From assembly GCF_001194135.2 (NCBI RefSeq), contig NC_068984.1, positions 141,774,262 through 141,834,077 of the forward strand: a DNA stretch of 59,816 nucleotides. Reading direction: 5' to 3'. Below the pieces are notes generated by a model. That model was not told where the DNA came from, ran no database searches, and saw nothing but the letters and a program-made list of their open reading frames with translations. The position numbers and the translations under genes are program-made. This DNA is from Octopus bimaculoides. Taxonomy: Eukaryota. Every line of letters starts with the position of its first letter. Position 1 is the first letter of the stretch. Below, in pieces: positions 56,134-59,816 of this stretch.

Positions 56134-57179
56134 CATCCCGTTTTATTTTTTTGTTTACGAGATTGTGCATCATCACCACGTTTTTTCAGTTTCACTTAGT
56201 TTTCATTCAAGGCGATAAGATATGAATTTAGGGGAAACATGTTTACTATTTCTAGCCAATCATGCAACTTCTTTAAGGATCTCTTATCGGTTCGATGATG
56301 ATGATGATGATNNNNNNNNNNNNNNNNNNNNNNNNNNNNNNNNNNNNNNNNNNNNNNNNNNNNNNNNNNNNNNNNNNNNNNNNNNNNNNNNNNNNNNNNN
56401 NNNNNNNNNNNNNNNNNNNNNNNNNNNNNNNNNNNNNNNNNNNNNNNNNNNNNNNNNNNNNNNNNNNNNNNNNNNNNNNNNNNNNNNNNNNNNNNNNNNN
56501 NNNNNNNNNNNNNNNNNNNNNNNNNNNNNNNNNNNNNNNNNNNNNNNNNNNNNNNNNNNNNNNNNNNNNNNNNNNNNNNNNNNNNNNNNNNNNNNNNNNN
56601 NNNNNNNNNNNNNNNNNNNNNNNNNNNNNNNNNNNNNNNNNNNNNNNNNNNNNNNNNNNNNNNNNNNNNNNNNNNNNNNNNNNNNNNNNNNNNNNNNNNN
56701 NNNNNNNNNNNNNNNNNNNNNNNNNNNNNNNNNNNNNNNNNNNCTTTCTCTTCCTTTGCCACCCTCTCCCTCTCCCTCCATCGCACAATAACAACGCTTT
56801 GAGAGTTTCCACAGTCGGGCAGCCACAGAAACCAAATGCTGCTGCTGCTGTTGCTGCTGTTTGGTTCCACACACAACTGTGAAACATACATTGGAGATGT
56901 TGGCACATTCTGAAGAATTACCTTCAGAGACTCGCAACCACCACCGCCCCCCCCCCACAACAGCAACAACAACATTGTCAGAATTGCTCTGCGTGATCTC
57001 GTTTTAGTCTTTTTTCTTTTTAAATCGTTTCTGTTGTGGCTAATGTTGTTGTTGTTTTTCCAGCTTTCAGTCTCACCCCACCATCACCCCATCAAACACC
57101 ACCATCTCTAGCGGTCAGTTTTAACCAAGATGTACTCTAAACACTTTCTCTTTCCAATAAATGTCTACAAGCTAAACGA

Positions 57180-57462
57180 AAATTGCTGGAATGGAAGAAA
57201 CACGTTATGTCTCTTTCTCTCCCACCACTCTCTCTTCCTCTCTTATTAGCTTCTATTATTCTCCACCACCATCTCTCCTTCACTTACTCTCTTCTTATAC
57301 TTCTCTTCCTTATTTTACTTATTTACACTTTCTTCTCTCTTATTCTCATCCTGCTCCTCCGCAATCACTCACTCCATGTCTTCCCCCTTATTCATCCTCT
57401 TTCTTCTTCATATAATTACTCATCTCACTCTCTCTCCCTCTCTCTCTCTCTCTATCTATCTA

Positions 57463-57553
<91 letters not shown>

Positions 57554-58035
57554 GTCTGTCTGTCTGTGTACGAGTGCATGCGTGCGTGCGTTTGTGTGTG
57601 TGCATACAGACATATGGATATGTCGTACTCAGTGTCTGTCCAGCTGTCTGTCTGTGTCTGTGTGACCTCTTCTTCAGCCCAACACCACACAGCTCCACCA
57701 ATCATTCAGTCCCTGACAGTTTTATTATGTAGCTTTCATCTGAATGCCAAAGCTTATTAAAAGCGAGCTCCATCTTTGCAAACGGAATCTCTGTGACATA
57801 AATACTGTCTCCTTGATTGTTGTTCATAGATTTAGAGGAGGAGGAGGAGGAGGAAGAGGAGAAAGAGGAAGAAGGGGAGAGGAAGATCGGTCTGTGGAGG
57901 CCTGTGGTCAAACATAGATGGATAGATTGAGAGAGAGAGAAAGAGAGTGAGTGAGGAGGAAATGACAGGTAGGTGAAGTGGAGAGCTAGATAAACATACG
58001 TAACAGCTATATATATATATATATATATATATTTN
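57180..58035. repeat. Pyrimidine-rich low complexity plus (TCTG)n(TCTA)n, (GAG)n, (TA)n
   Basis: Direct reading. Confidence 0.88.
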
Positions 58036-58681
58036 NNNNNNNNNNNNNNNNNNNNNNNNNNNNNNNNNNNNNNNNNNNNNNNNNNNNNNNNNNNNNNNNN
58101 NNNNNNNNNNNNNNNNNNNNNNNNNNNNNNNNNNNNNNNNNNNNNNNNNNNNNNNNNNNNNNNNNNNNNNNNNNNNNNNNNNNNNNNNNNNNNNNNNNNN
58201 NNNNNNNNNNNNNNNNNNNNNNNNNNNNNNNNNNNNNNNNNNNNNNNNNNNNNNNNNNNNNNNNNNNNNNNNNNNNNNNNNNNNNNNNNNNNNNNNNNNN
58301 NNNNNNNNNNNNNNNNNNNNNNNNNNNNNNNNNNNNNNNNNNNNNNNNNNNNNNNNNNNNNNNNNNNNNNNNNNNNNNNNNNNNNNNNNNNNNNNNNNNN
58401 NNNNNNNNNNNNNNNNNNNNNNATATATATATATATAGGTTCAAAAAAAGGAAAAAGACAAAAATAACAACAACAAAAAAACAACGTGAGGACGTGAGCA
58501 GCAAAAATATTCAGAAGCGAATACTTATATAGATATTAATATTGTTATTATTATCGAAGGCAATACAAATAGTTGATAATAACAATATCAATATAAGTGG
58601 TTGCAGGCCTAAATCAGCATTATATAGCTATAGAATTAAAATTATATTAAACATAAGGACACATTAAATTGTCTTACCACT

Positions 58682-58948
58682 GAAAATGAGAGTTAAGGCC
58701 CTCATTTGGACCACAAAAGAAAAAAAAAATTACACTGAAAATAACAGATTCAACAATATACGAGCAGTGGATCGAAAAAATCTCTTACATACCTATATAG
58801 CATAGAGCTATATATTTAATGGTACAGGTATATGTGGTCCAGAAACCGGTCCACATATACTGTATATTGCTCGTATACTATTGTTTCTGTTACTTTCAGT
58901 GTAAATTGTTTTTTGGCGGTTCAAATGAGGGTTTTAACTCTCATCTCT
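58682..58948. mobile_element. Foldback element with about 80-bp inverted arms and an internal hairpin
   Basis: atgagagttaaggccctcatttgga..tacactgaaaataacag..tatacgagca versus reverse complement of tgctcgtata..ctgttactttcagtgta..tcaaatgagggttttaactctcat. Confidence 0.8.
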
Positions 58949-59656
58949 AACAGGTAGACACTTTAATATGTCCTTACGATTAATACAAGTCTTTTTGTTT
59001 CCCCCTGCCTGCTTATTGGTCCCCACATTGTGTCTTTCGTCTTGATCCCGAAGAAATGTATTCAAGCAGTGTATATAAACATCCAAGTACATTATGGGTC
59101 ACGTGCATCTTGCTTTTAACAACTATTGTTGTACGTGCACATAAAGCTTAGAGAACATTGTTCTTTTGAGCAGAGAAACGAAGACTGTCTTGTATACCGT
59201 GAGATTACTGCATAAATAACCGACTCTCAGGTCTCTCCCAGGTGAGTCTCACTTCTGTTGTTATGAGTTTAGAGAGATACGTCTGTACTTCCTCCGTAGC
59301 TCAACTAAATATATTGCACATAGTAGATAAAACAGGGGACAACTGATGAAGGGAATGTTCTTTATATTTTCCGTCTCGTTTCTCTATTTGTTTCTATCGT
59401 TGTTCGAAAAAAAGTTCGTTTTCTATGTTTTTGTTTTTTATGTTCTCGTTTCTCATTTTGTTCGCGTTTTTTAATGTCCTGTACCCATATGTGCATGTAT
59501 ATATGCATATATATGTAGGTATGTACATATATGTGTGTATATATGCATATATTTATATATTATATATATTATTTATATGATTGCACGCCACGTGTTAGTG
59601 TACGAGTATTGTGGATATTAGCGGCAGTGTGTGCCTACAATTTAGGCCGTATTACC

Positions 59657-59816
59657 CTCTCTCTCTTTTTATATCTCTATCTTTTTATATCTCTCTCTTT
59701 TTATATCTCTCTCTTTTTATATCTCTCTCTTTTTATATCTCTCTCTTTTTATATCTCTCTCTTTTTATATCTCTCTCTTTTTATATCTCTCTCTTTTTAT
59801 ATCTCTCTCTTTTTAT
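59657..59816. repeat. 16-bp tandem minisatellite (atatctctctcttttt), about 10 copies, runs off the window edge
   Basis: Direct reading; nearly all copies identical. Confidence 0.95.

Overview
AT-rich (by eye), repeat-saturated animal genomic DNA from a gapped draft assembly. The SINE families and microsatellite density point to an octopus or other cephalopod (inference). It is not prokaryotic, and no rRNA, true tRNA or CRISPR array is supported. One protein-coding gene was reconstructed by hand on the + strand: 13 coding exons from 17607 to 36737, all with GT-AG introns and consistent phases, 1476 nt, 491 aa plus stop. It encodes a 12-TM major facilitator superfamily transporter of the MFSD1 family with a Cys-rich first luminal loop and an apparently diverged substrate pocket. 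The ORF track misses almost all of it. The rest is transposon debris: at least four tRNA-headed SINE-like families with swapped bodies and tails, five Tc1/mariner deletion derivatives with intact TIRs plus a 5' fragment, other MITEs, CR1/RTE/L1-type LINE fragments and simple repeats. The most interesting non-coding signal is a set of hammerhead-ribozyme motifs of the kind known from Penelope-like retroelements. One is a nearly canonical type I fold (47345-47392, -). Several are minimal or variant forms. One lies across a short gap from a tRNA-like Pol III head that carries its own 5' inverted hairpin, which suggests a SINE/hammerhead chimeric element. Repeat boundaries are approximate, and family names A-E are my own working labels.
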